Assembly (NCBI GenBank): GCA_047692235.1
Contig: JBLLJR010000003.1
Location: 59,599 to 123,598, forward strand
Reading direction: 5' to 3'
Source of the DNA: Enterobacterales bacterium
GTDB lineage: Bacteria > Pseudomonadota > Gammaproteobacteria > Enterobacterales > Enterobacteriaceae
DNA: 64,000 nucleotides
A program made the position numbers and the translations under genes. Of the stretch, positions 1 through 9,759 are shown piece after piece. The first letter of the stretch is position 1. Every line of letters begins with the position of its first letter. The notes beneath the pieces are model-generated. The model searched no databases and was not told the origin of the DNA. It worked only from the letters and a program-made list of their open reading frames with translations.

Positions 1-77
1 GTTAGTAAATATATGAGTTTTATATTATATAATATAAAAATTTATATTAGTGGTGTTTTTAAAAAATTATATTTTAT

Positions 78-1352
78 TCAATATTTATAAAAATAACTAG
101 TTTTTTTAAATTTAGTTAAGTTAATTATTTCTTTTACAATCCTAAATGATCCAAAAATTAATATACAATCATCAAATGATGAATCTGAATTAATTTTATT
201 CCAAGCAAGAATTAATTTATTAAATTTTTTTATTTTATCATGATTAATATGCATAGATATTTGTTCAGCATTAGCAGCACGAGATGTATTTAATGAAACA
301 CAATACCATTCATGAACACTAATATTAAAAGAGTTTATTATACCATAAATATCTTTATCTTTCATAACACCTATCATCACTCTTAATTTTTTAATTTTCT
401 TTATTTTTTTTACAAGATATCTTGATAAATATTGTGATGCATGAGGATTGTGTGCTACATCTAAAATGGTAATGGGAGATGTATTTATAATTTGAAATCT
501 TCCAAATAATTTTGTTTTAGATAAACCTTTCTGAATATTATATTTTGATATTAAAAATGGCGATGCATTTAAAGCAGTTAATGCTGTAGCAGCATTTTGT
601 ATTGGAATATTAGGTAATTTTAAATCTTTTATAGTATGTGTTTTATTACACCATTTCCATTTATAATTATTTTGTATTTTCCACCACCAATCTTTATTAT
701 AAAAATAAAATTTAGATCCTATTTCTTTAATATATTTTAGAGCAGATTTTGGAATATTTATTTCACCTATAATTGCTGGTTTTTTTTTTCTAAAAATACC
801 AAATTTTTCTATTGCAATTAAATCTCTATTTGATCCTAAAAATTTAATATGATCAATAGCTATTGATGTAATGATTGATATATCAGCATCAATTATATTA
901 GTTGCATCTAATTTACCACCCAAACCAACTTCTAATATAATTACATCTAATAATGATTGTTTGAATATTAATAAAGCTGTTAATGTAATAAACTCAAAAT
1001 AACTTAATGATATTAATTTTCTAAAAAAATTGACTTTTGATATTGCTTGTATATGTATATTTTCTGGTAATTCATTCCCTTGAATTCTAATTCTTTCAGT
1101 GTATTTAAATAAATGAGGAGAACTATATACACCAACTTTAAGACCATAACTTAAAAGTATATTTTCTAAAAGAGCACATGTAGTACCTTTACCATTGGTA
1201 CCTCCAACAGTTATTACAAATGAAGATGGATGTAATAATCCTAATTTTTTAGCTACAAATTTAACTCTATCTAAAGATAAATCTATAGGGATATTATGTA
1301 TAGTTTTAATATAACGAATCCATGAATTTAAAGAAAATATTTTTTTTAACAT
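78..1352 (-). CDS. folC: bifunctional folylpolyglutamate synthase / dihydrofolate synthase
   Basis: 424-aa ORF. The Mur-ligase P-loop VGGTNGKGTT and the VYSSPHLxKYTERIRIQG block are colinear with E. coli FolC. Confidence 0.9.
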   Translation of the reverse strand: MLKKIFSLNSWIRYIKTIHNIPIDLSLDRVKFVAKKLGLLHPSSFVITVGGTNGKGTTCALLENILLSYGLKVGVYSSPHLFKYTERIRIQGNELPENIHIQAISKVNFFRKLISLSYFEFITLTALLIFKQSLLDVIILEVGLGGKLDATNIIDADISIITSIAIDHIKFLGSNRDLIAIEKFGIFRKKKPAIIGEINIPKSALKYIKEIGSKFYFYNKDWWWKIQNNYKWKWCNKTHTIKDLKLPNIPIQNAATALTALNASPFLISKYNIQKGLSKTKLFGRFQIINTSPITILDVAHNPHASQYLSRYLVKKIKKIKKLRVMIGVMKDKDIYGIINSFNISVHEWYCVSLNTSRAANAEQISMHINHDKIKKFNKLILAWNKINSDSSFDDCILIFGSFRIVKEIINLTKFKKTSYFYKY

Positions 1353-1452
1353 TAATTTATAAAAAATTTTATATACATTTTAGAATTATACACAATATAT
1401 AAAAAATAAAATATTATTTAAAATACAAATAATATTTTAATTATAAATTAAA

Positions 1453-2238
1453 TTAAATATTTAAAAATATAGGACCTATATTAGATTTTGGTATTAAAAA
1501 ACATGATGGGTATTTAACATCTACTAAATATAACCCATTTGAAGGTGCTGTTACTCCAGATAAAACTCTTTTACGTTGCTTTAGTATATTATGAATCCAA
1601 AGCTCTGATTTTTTACCAGAACCTACTTCTATTAAACTACCTATAATAATACGTACCATATTATGTAAAAATGAACTTGCTTTGATATCAAAAATTATAT
1701 ATTTATTTTGACGAATTATATTAAAATAATAAATTTTACGGTAAGCACTAATAGATTGGCATTGTGAAGATCGAAATGCACTAAAATCATGCTCTCCTAA
1801 CAAACATTTACTAGAACGTAACATTTTTTTTTCATCTAAATAATTTTTAACGTGTGTTATTCCGTTTTTAAAAATAGCTGGACGTGATTCATTATTATAA
1901 ATTATATATCTGTACCTTCGGTAAATAGCGCTAAAACGTGCATGAAAATTTTTTTTAACTTGTATAACCCAAAGTACTGTAATATCATTTGGTAAATAAA
2001 AATTTATACCTTTTGTCCATTCAGATATTAAACGATGCTTTTTTGTAATAAAGTGTATCACTTGACCTGTAGCATGTACACCTGAATCTGTACGACCAGC
2101 ACAAAAAACTTTTGTTTTACTATTTGCAATAATTGATATTGCGGTTTCAAGTTGATCTTGAATATTAGGTAATTTATTTTGTTTTTGCCATCCATAATAT
2201 AAACTACCATTATATTCGATACCTAAAGCTAATTTCAT
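1453..2238 (-). CDS. truA: tRNA pseudouridine(38-40) synthase
   Basis: 261-aa ORF with the catalytic GRTDSGVHA motif, colinear with E. coli TruA. Confidence 0.93.
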   Translation of the reverse strand: MKLALGIEYNGSLYYGWQKQNKLPNIQDQLETAISIIANSKTKVFCAGRTDSGVHATGQVIHFITKKHRLISEWTKGINFYLPNDITVLWVIQVKKNFHARFSAIYRRYRYIIYNNESRPAIFKNGITHVKNYLDEKKMLRSSKCLLGEHDFSAFRSSQCQSISAYRKIYYFNIIRQNKYIIFDIKASSFLHNMVRIIIGSLIEVGSGKKSELWIHNILKQRKRVLSGVTAPSNGLYLVDVKYPSCFLIPKSNIGPIFLNI

Positions 2239-2337
2239 TATTTAAGTAAATATTTTATTTATTTAATTTTTTATACAATTAAATAATAAATAATATATTA
2301 ATTAATATATATAAATAAAATTTAAAATAATTTAAAT

Positions 2338-3555
2338 TTATTTATAATATTTTCTCATAACTAATGAGGCATTAATTCCACCAAAACCAAAATTATTAAC
2401 CATAACTGTATTTAACTCACATTTAGTGAAATTTTTAATAATATTCATAGAACTTAAATGAGGGTCTTCTTGATATATATTTACACTTGGACTAATAAAA
2501 TTATTTTCTAACATAAGTAAAGTAAATATAACTTCATGGACACCAGATGACCCTAAAGAATGACCTGTTATAGATTTAGTAGAAGAAAAATATGGATGAT
2601 CATTTCCAAAAGTATTTTTTATTGCTAGTAATTCTTTAATATCTCCTATTACTGTTGATGTTCCATGTACGTTAATATAATCTATTTTTAATTTCACATT
2701 TTTCATAGCCATATTCATACATCGTTTAGCTCCTTCTTCAGAAGGTATCACCATATTATCCCCATCTGAATTAGTACCATATCCTATAATTTCAGCATAA
2801 ATATGAGCATTTCTATATAAAGCATGTTTTAGTTCTTCAATAACTAAAATACCTCCTCCTCCAGAAATTACAAAACCATCTCTATTGAGATCATATGGGC
2901 GAGAAGCTTGTTGTGGTGTTTTATTAAAATTTTTAGATAAAGCTCCTATTGCATCAAATGCACAAGCTATTTCCCAACTTAATTCTTCACCACCTCCAGC
3001 AAAGATTATATCTTGTTTACCTGTTTGTATTAATTCAAATGCATGTCCAATACAATTAGAAGAAGTGGCACATGCAGAACTAATAGAATAGCTTATACCA
3101 CGAATTTTAAATGATGTAGATAGACATGCTGAAATTCCTGAGGACATAGATTTAATTACTATATATGGATCTATGCCTTTCAATCCTTTAGATTTCATTT
3201 TATTAAATACAATATATTGACTTGAAGGAGATACATTTCCTGAGCCAACTATGATTCCTGTACGTTCATTAGAAATCATTCTATCTGTTAAGTTAGAATC
3301 TAAAATAGCTTTTTTCATAGATAAATATGCGTATATTGATGCTTTATTCATAAATCTATAAATTTTACGATTTATTTTATAAGAACAATTTGATAAATTA
3401 ATATTTCCCCATATATGACTACGCATACCTGAATCTTTAAATTCTTTAGAAAAAGTAATACCAGATATACTATTTTTTAAAGAATGTAAAATATCTTTTT
3501 TATTATTACCTATACTTGATAAAATTCCTAAACCAGTGATAACAACTCTTTTCAT
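2338..3555 (-). CDS. fabB: 3-oxoacyl-ACP synthase I (KAS I)
   Basis: 405-aa ORF. The N-terminus MKRVVITGLGILSSIGNN, GMRSHIWGN, and the SISSACATS / HGTST / GHSLG active-site blocks match E. coli FabB rather than FabF. Confidence 0.93.
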   Translation of the reverse strand: MKRVVITGLGILSSIGNNKKDILHSLKNSISGITFSKEFKDSGMRSHIWGNINLSNCSYKINRKIYRFMNKASIYAYLSMKKAILDSNLTDRMISNERTGIIVGSGNVSPSSQYIVFNKMKSKGLKGIDPYIVIKSMSSGISACLSTSFKIRGISYSISSACATSSNCIGHAFELIQTGKQDIIFAGGGEELSWEIACAFDAIGALSKNFNKTPQQASRPYDLNRDGFVISGGGGILVIEELKHALYRNAHIYAEIIGYGTNSDGDNMVIPSEEGAKRCMNMAMKNVKLKIDYINVHGTSTVIGDIKELLAIKNTFGNDHPYFSSTKSITGHSLGSSGVHEVIFTLLMLENNFISPSVNIYQEDPHLSSMNIIKNFTKCELNTVMVNNFGFGGINASLVMRKYYK

Positions 3556-3739
3556 TTAATATCTGTAATATTTTATGTTAAATTTAAAATTTAAAAATAA
3601 ATAATTAATATTTAATTAATTGCAAAAAATATTTAAATATATGATATATATAAATATGTAATTTAAAATAATTAAATTAAAAATAAAATTTTATAATAGA
3701 TATTATTAAATTTTATTTTCTTTGCAAGGAAAATGAAAA

Positions 3740-4057
3740 ATGAATTCTATAGAAAAAATAAAAAAACAAATATCCGATAATATGATTGTATTATATATTA
3801 AAGGACCATTGAATTCGTCTAAATGTAAATTTAGTGCACAAGCTGTTAAAATACTTTTACCTTATAGTACATATATTAAGTATATAGATGTATTAGAACA
3901 TAAGGACATTAGAAATTCTTTGCCTGCATTTTCTAATTGGCCTACATTTCCGCAATTATGGATTAATAAAAAATTAATTGGTGGTTGTGATACAATAATG
4001 AAAATGAATAAAAATGGTGAATTAAGAAAAATATTATTATCAATAATTAAAAAATAA
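3740..4057 (+). CDS. grxD: monothiol glutaredoxin (Grx4 family), active site CKFS
   Basis: 105-aa ORF colinear with E. coli GrxD (LYxKG, WPTFPQLW, GGCD). The signature CGFS reads CKFS (codons 3824-3835). Confidence 0.9.
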   Translation: MNSIEKIKKQISDNMIVLYIKGPLNSSKCKFSAQAVKILLPYSTYIKYIDVLEHKDIRNSLPAFSNWPTFPQLWINKKLIGGCDTIMKMNKNGELRKILLSIIKK

Positions 4058-4079
4058 TAAAATTATTTATGAAATATCA

Positions 4080-4715
4080 TTAAATAATTGGCCATCCACC
4101 TAATCTTTTCCATCTATTTACTATTTCACAGAATAATTTTGTGGTTCTTTCTGTATCATACATTGCAGAATGTGCTTTATTTTTATCAAAATTAATTCCA
4201 GCTGTATTGCAAGATTTAGATAATACTGTTTGACCTAAAACTAAGCCACTTAAAGTTACTGTATCAAATGTAGAAAATGGATGGAATGGATGTTTTTTAA
4301 ATCCAGTTCTATGAATTGCTGCCATTAAAAAGTTATGATCAAATGTTGCATTATGTGCTACAATTATTGCACAATTGCAATTGTATTTTTTTATTCCTTT
4401 ATTTACTAATTTAAAAATTTTAGTTAAAGCTTTAAATTCAGTAACAGTCTTTCTTAAACCATTATTAATATTTATACCGTTTATAGCTAAAGCTTGTGGT
4501 TGAAATAATGCTCCAGGAAATGGATCTAAATTAAAATGTATTGCATTATCTGATAACAACCAACCATCATTATCCATTTTTAAAGTAATTGCAGCAATCT
4601 CTAATAAAGCATCAGTTTTTGCATTTAATCCCGCAGTTTCTACATCAATAACAACTGGATAAAATCCTCTAAATCTAGATCTTAAGGTATTAATGTTGTT
4701 TTTTTTTATCATCAC
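4080..4715 (-). CDS. rnt: ribonuclease T
   Basis: 211-aa [40 protein letters not shown] and the C-terminal [10 protein letters not shown] match E. coli RNase T. The GTG at 4715 or the ATG at 4712 could be the start. Confidence 0.93.
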   Translation of the reverse strand: MMIKKNNINTLRSRFRGFYPVVIDVETAGLNAKTDALLEIAAITLKMDNDGWLLSDNAIHFNLDPFPGALFQPQALAINGININNGLRKTVTEFKALTKIFKLVNKGIKKYNCNCAIIVAHNATFDHNFLMAAIHRTGFKKHPFHPFSTFDTVTLSGLVLGQTVLSKSCNTAGINFDKNKAHSAMYDTERTTKLFCEIVNRWKRLGGWPII

Positions 4716-5147
4716 TGAATTACATAATAATATATATAAATAAATTTTTTATACATCAAAAAATTGATTATATTTTGTATTTGTTTAATAAACAGATTAA
4801 AATATTAATAATATAATCAAAGTTTTAATTTCGATTAAAATGATTAAATAAAATAAATTATTTTCCCATCATTTATAATACCATATTTTTAACATAAAAA
4901 TATATAATATATTTTGAATATGTATATTTAAAATAATTAATATTATTAAATATTTTTAATGAAATTGTGAATATTATTGTATATAACGTTAAAATATTTA
5001 AACAACGTATGTTTTTATTAAATCGAAAGTTATCAATAATATATATTGAAATAATTTATATTATAAATTATATTACAGATATTTTTTAATTTTTTTATTT
5101 GAAATAAATATATAAATTAAATTTATATGTTAAGGAAAATAATTTAA

Positions 5148-6413
5148 ATGAATATAATTAAATATTTAAGAGATAGAGAATTAATTTCACAAATTACTAA
5201 TGAGTATGAAATAACAAAAATTTTAGAAAAAGAAAAAATTGCTATTTATTGCGGTTTTGATCCTACATCTGATAGTTTACATATAGGTCATTTAATGCCT
5301 ATTTTATGTTTAAAACATTTTCAATTGCAAGGACATAAACCTATTATTGTAATAGGAGGCGCTACAAGTTTAATAGGTGATCCAAGTTTTAAAATTAATA
5401 ACAGAAAAATAAATAATTTAAATACAATAAAAAAGTGGTCTGATAAGATTAAATCTCAATTATCATTATTGTTAGATTTTAATTGTGGGTATAATAGCGC
5501 TATTATAATAAATAATTATAATTGGTTTAAAGATGTTAAAATTTTACCATTTTTACAAAATATTGGTAAAAATGTTTCTATAAATAAAATTATTAATAAA
5601 GATGCATTAAAACAAAGAATTGGTAAATTTTCTAAAGGTTTATCTTTTTCTGAATTTTCATATAATTTATTTCAAAGTTATGATTTTGTATTTTTAAATA
5701 AAAAATACAATGTAAAATTACAAATAGGAGGATCTGATCAATGGGGTAATATTACTTCTGGTATAGATTTAACAAAAAAAATAAATAATAATTGTGTATA
5801 TGGATTAACAGTACCATTAATGACAAAAACAGATGGAACAAAATTTAGTAAAAGTGGTTTAAATACAATTTGGTTAGATTCTAAAAAAACTACACCTTTT
5901 GATTTTTATCAATTTTGGATTAAAACATCAGATGATAATGTATTTAAATTTATAAAATGTATGACTTTTATAAATTCTAAACAAATTAAACTTTTATATA
6001 AAGAATCATTAAATAATAAAAATCAATGTATTGCTCAAACTTTTTTAGCAAAAGAAATTACTAAATTTATACATGGAGTAAATAATTTATGCTACGTTAA
6101 ATATATAACTGAAATTTTATTTAAAAGAAATTTAAAAAAATTAACACAAACTGAATTTGATAAATTAATTAAATATGGAATAAAATATGTAAAAATTAAA
6201 AATGATAGTAATTTAATAATGGCTTTAATTCAATCAAAATTATCAAAATCTATAAGTCAAGCTAAAAAAATGATTATTTCTAATGCAATTAAAATAAATG
6301 GAGATACTCAAATCTATACAAATTATAAATTTGAAATAAAAGATAAATTGTATAATAAATACACAATTTTATGTAAAGGTAAAAAAAATTTTTGCTTATT
6401 ATATTGGAAATAA
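5148..6413 (+). CDS. tyrS: tyrosine--tRNA ligase
   Basis: 421-aa ORF with the class I signatures HIGH (SLHIGHL) and KFSKS, plus a C-terminal S4-like region. Confidence 0.95.
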   Translation: MNIIKYLRDRELISQITNEYEITKILEKEKIAIYCGFDPTSDSLHIGHLMPILCLKHFQLQGHKPIIVIGGATSLIGDPSFKINNRKINNLNTIKKWSDKIKSQLSLLLDFNCGYNSAIIINNYNWFKDVKILPFLQNIGKNVSINKIINKDALKQRIGKFSKGLSFSEFSYNLFQSYDFVFLNKKYNVKLQIGGSDQWGNITSGIDLTKKINNNCVYGLTVPLMTKTDGTKFSKSGLNTIWLDSKKTTPFDFYQFWIKTSDDNVFKFIKCMTFINSKQIKLLYKESLNNKNQCIAQTFLAKEITKFIHGVNNLCYVKYITEILFKRNLKKLTQTEFDKLIKYGIKYVKIKNDSNLIMALIQSKLSKSISQAKKMIISNAIKINGDTQIYTNYKFEIKDKLYNKYTILCKGKKNFCLLYWK

Positions 6414-6533
6414 CAAATTTTTTTATAGTAAATAAATATTATTTTTAATATATAATCAATATATTTTATATAATATAAAAATAAGTTTATTATATAATTT
6501 ATAAAATTAGTAATTATACTTAAGGAATTAATT

Positions 6534-7463
6534 ATGTTAAGAACTATTTTGTTATTATTTACAAATTTATCTGTAATGAGCGTATTAGGGGTATTTTTAC
6601 ATTTATTCGGTATCAAATATAATAATCTTATTATATTAATTATTTTTTCATGTATATGTGGATTTATAGGTGCATTTGTATCCTTATTCTTTGCTCAATC
6701 TATTGCATTAAAATCAGTAAATGGTAAAATTATTAAGAAACCAACAGATGAAAAAGAAATTTGGTTGATGGATATCATTAAAAAACAATCAAATAAATTA
6801 AATATTAATACACCTAAATTCACAGTTTATGAATCTGATGATATTAATGCTTTTGCTACTGGAGCTCATAAGAATTCTGCTTTAATTGCTGTAAGCAAAG
6901 GTTTATTAAAAAAAATGGATAATAATTCAATAGAAGCTGTTTTAGCTCATGAAATAAGTCATATTTATAATGGAGATATGGTAACAATGATATTGTTACA
7001 AGGAGTAATTAATACTTTTACTATATTTATATCTAAATTTTTAACTAAAATGATAGTATCATTTCTTACTAATTTAAGTAAAAAACAATATTTATCTAGT
7101 AGTATTCTCGATAAGCATACATTAAAAAATAATTTTGACTCAAAACAATATTCCTTATTATTTAATATAATTTCATTGGTTTTAGAAGCAATATTCGGAT
7201 TATTATCAAATTTAATTATATGTTGGTTTTCTCGTTATAGAGAATTTTACGCAGATGCTGGTTCAGCCAAATTAGTAGGTAGAAGTAATATGATATCTGC
7301 TTTAAAATTTCTACAAGGTAGTGATAAACCTAAAGTTATTAATAAAAGTATGAAAACTTTATTTATTAATAATTTTGATAAACATAATTTTAGTAAATTA
7401 CTATCATCTCATCCTTCTTGTGACGAAAGAATAGAAGCTTTAATCTTAAAAAGATATGAATAA
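6534..7463 (+). CDS. htpX: membrane zinc protease HtpX
   Basis: 309-aa ORF colinear with E. coli HtpX: N-terminal TM helices, NAFATG, the HEISHI zinc motif and REFYADAGSAKLVG. Confidence 0.92.
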   Translation: MLRTILLLFTNLSVMSVLGVFLHLFGIKYNNLIILIIFSCICGFIGAFVSLFFAQSIALKSVNGKIIKKPTDEKEIWLMDIIKKQSNKLNINTPKFTVYESDDINAFATGAHKNSALIAVSKGLLKKMDNNSIEAVLAHEISHIYNGDMVTMILLQGVINTFTIFISKFLTKMIVSFLTNLSKKQYLSSSILDKHTLKNNFDSKQYSLLFNIISLVLEAIFGLLSNLIICWFSRYREFYADAGSAKLVGRSNMISALKFLQGSDKPKVINKSMKTLFINNFDKHNFSKLLSSHPSCDERIEALILKRYE

Positions 7464-7493
7464 TAATATTTATATTTTATTTAAAGATAATTA

Positions 7494-8939
7494 TTAAGAT
7501 TTTGTACTATTTATTATCCATGATAAATCACAATCTTTTTTTTTACCAAATAAAGTAGTAAATACACCTATTGCTGCAATTAAATTATTATTATAAAATA
7601 ATAATGGTATATTTTTTCTTTCCCAAGGTGGAATATTAAGTTCTTGATAAATTTTTTTAATAGATCTTCCATGTATTCTACCGACTATATGTATTAGTCC
7701 ATTTATATTACCAAATTTTATATGTATATTTTCTGTATTATAAGGTGCTCTTACAATAACATATTTATTTAATGTTCCTGTTGAATGGTATAAATATTGA
7801 TTTAATAAATAATTTTTATATTTATTGTTTTTAATTAAATTTTTAGTTTGTATTATGTACGAACATGTATATTGATGTTTATAATTAATATTATACGAAT
7901 TAAACCAAGATATTGTTATTTTACTCAAAGTATGCAATATATAAAGACAATTATTAAATCTTTTAATAATACAGTTGTGAATTTTTAATTGAGCTACAGA
8001 ATCAATTTTACTCAGAGCAACTTCTTCCCATAATATAACAATTTGTTTTTTGGATGGCATTTTAATATTATTAAAAGATAACCATCTACGCAAAATACTA
8101 TATATATAAATATTGCTCATTTTAATTAAAGGTAAAATATTTAATGTACAATTTTTTAAAATTAAATAAGATAATTGATTTCTTAATAAATCATTTAATA
8201 ATACTTCTTGCTCATAACATAATTGAGCACTACGAAATACAACTTTAGAAAATTGAGGCCAACGTTTTTTTATACATGGTAAGATATTTAATCTCAAAAA
8301 ATTTCTATCAAATTTAATATTGTTATTACTATCATCATCAATCCAAAATAAATTTTTTTCATTAGCATATTTTAATAAATCTATTTTACTAAATTTTAAT
8401 AAAGGACGTAATAATCTTGTTTTACCGAATGGTGAATCTATTAACATAGCAGACAAACCTTTGGGACCACTTCCTCGCTTAAGAGCTAATAAAAAACTTT
8501 CTGTTTGATCATCTAAATTATGTGCAGTTAATAAGACTTCTTTGTTATTTAACTCTTTTTTTAATGCATTATAGCGATGATATCTTAAAGAAGATTCAAT
8601 ACCATACTTTTTAAGATATTTTTTATCTAAAAAAATTGATAAACATTTAAACTTTACATTAATTGAATTACATATTAATTTGCAATGTTTAACCCACTTA
8701 TTTGAGTTTTTATTAAAATTATGATTAATATGTATTACTCTTAAAGATATTTCATTTGCATTATTAACTTTATTTTTATCTTTAATAAAAAATTTATTCT
8801 TTATTTTACAAAGAATATATAATAATACGGTAGAATCTAATCCACCACTAAATGCTAATAGTAAACTTTTATATTTCACTATAACATTAGTAATTTGTTT
8901 ATATATTGATTTTTTTAAAATATTAACTTTATTTGACAT
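7494..8939 (-). CDS. tilS: tRNA(Ile)-lysidine synthase
   Basis: 481-aa ORF with the PP-loop SGGLDSTVL near the N-terminus and an LTAHNLDDQTE block. Confidence 0.85.
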   Translation of the reverse strand: MSNKVNILKKSIYKQITNVIVKYKSLLLAFSGGLDSTVLLYILCKIKNKFFIKDKNKVNNANEISLRVIHINHNFNKNSNKWVKHCKLICNSINVKFKCLSIFLDKKYLKKYGIESSLRYHRYNALKKELNNKEVLLTAHNLDDQTESFLLALKRGSGPKGLSAMLIDSPFGKTRLLRPLLKFSKIDLLKYANEKNLFWIDDDSNNNIKFDRNFLRLNILPCIKKRWPQFSKVVFRSAQLCYEQEVLLNDLLRNQLSYLILKNCTLNILPLIKMSNIYIYSILRRWLSFNNIKMPSKKQIVILWEEVALSKIDSVAQLKIHNCIIKRFNNCLYILHTLSKITISWFNSYNINYKHQYTCSYIIQTKNLIKNNKYKNYLLNQYLYHSTGTLNKYVIVRAPYNTENIHIKFGNINGLIHIVGRIHGRSIKKIYQELNIPPWERKNIPLLFYNNNLIAAIGVFTTLFGKKKDCDLSWIINSTKS

Positions 8940-9079
8940 AATGTAATTTTTTCTAATATAAATATTTAATTATAAATAAATTGCATTTATTTTATACTAT
9001 AGTATAATTATATAATATATTAATGATATATAAGATTTTTATATATTATTAATTAAGTTGTATAAATTTGATATGACAT

Positions 9080-9344
9080 ATATTTTAAATTGTGTGCTAC
9101 ATTCAAACTTTAATTAAGGAATGGCTCATTTAATAAAAAGGATTATATGTTATAACATATTTTGGATAAAACGAGGTATAGTTCTGTATATGAGTGGCAT
9201 TTCAGTAAATAAGGTTTGTATAGTAGTAAACAGTTTTATATCACTTCTCTGCTAATCTTTTTATCTTAGTGCCAAGCAGTAACGACTAAAGTTTTTCTCT
9301 GTATTGTCAAAATATGGTATTACACTACATAGGAAATATACAAA
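9080..9344 (+). promoter_or_regulatory. long, locally GC-enriched leader region upstream of cspC (possible 5' UTR / small upstream ORF)
   Basis: This is the only non-tRNA intergenic stretch in the window that is visibly less AT-rich than its surroundings. It contains a 44-codon ORF (9121-9255). CspA-family genes classically carry long structured 5' UTRs, and E. coli cspC is co-transcribed with the small gene yobF. Confidence 0.35.
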
Positions 9345-9554
9345 ATGGATAAGATAAAAGGTCAAGTAAAGTGGTTTAATGAATCTAAAGGTTTTGGTTT
9401 TATTACACCTTCTGATGGAAGCAAAGATGTATTTGTACATTTTTCTGCTATTCAAGGAAACGGATTTAAAACTTTATCTGAAGGACAAAATGTTGAATTT
9501 GAAATTCAAGATGGTCAAAAAGGTCCTTCTGCTGTAAATGTTGTTGCTATTTAG
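9345..9554 (+). CDS. cspC: cold-shock-domain protein CspC
   Basis: 69-aa [60 protein letters not shown] is nearly identical to E. coli CspC and closer to it than to CspE. Confidence 0.93.
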   Translation: MDKIKGQVKWFNESKGFGFITPSDGSKDVFVHFSAIQGNGFKTLSEGQNVEFEIQDGQKGPSAVNVVAI

Positions 9555-9613
9555 CAATTTGTTATAGCGTATATTATATTATTATTTATATAATATAATG
9601 TTTTTAATAAAAT

Positions 9614-9637
9614 AAATGCGTCAATAATGCATTTTTT
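9614..9637 (+). terminator. candidate intrinsic terminator after cspC
   Basis: AAATGC (9614-9619) pairs with GCATTT (9629-9634) around a 9-nt loop. The stem runs into a T tract that ends at 9637. The stem is short, and chance palindromes are common in AT-rich DNA. Confidence 0.3.
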
Positions 9638-9759
9638 ATGTATTTTGGCGCATATTTTAATATTAAAATATATTTATTTAATTAATATAAAATTAACAAT
9701 TTTTTATTTTTCATTAAATTGAAATTTAAAATATTGATTTAATTAAAAATTTTTTAAAA

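Noticed and set aside
4716-5147. The 432-nt rnt-tyrS spacer, considered as a remnant of pdxH, the E. coli upstream neighbour of tyrS.
   Set aside because: I could not find any convincing colinear PdxH-like translation in any frame. This would need a sensitive BLASTX to decide.
6323-6616. A 97-aa minus-strand ORF spanning the tyrS 3' end, the spacer and the htpX 5' end.
   Set aside because: The protein is rich in I, N, K, Y and F and is purely compositional. It overlaps two confidently identified genes.
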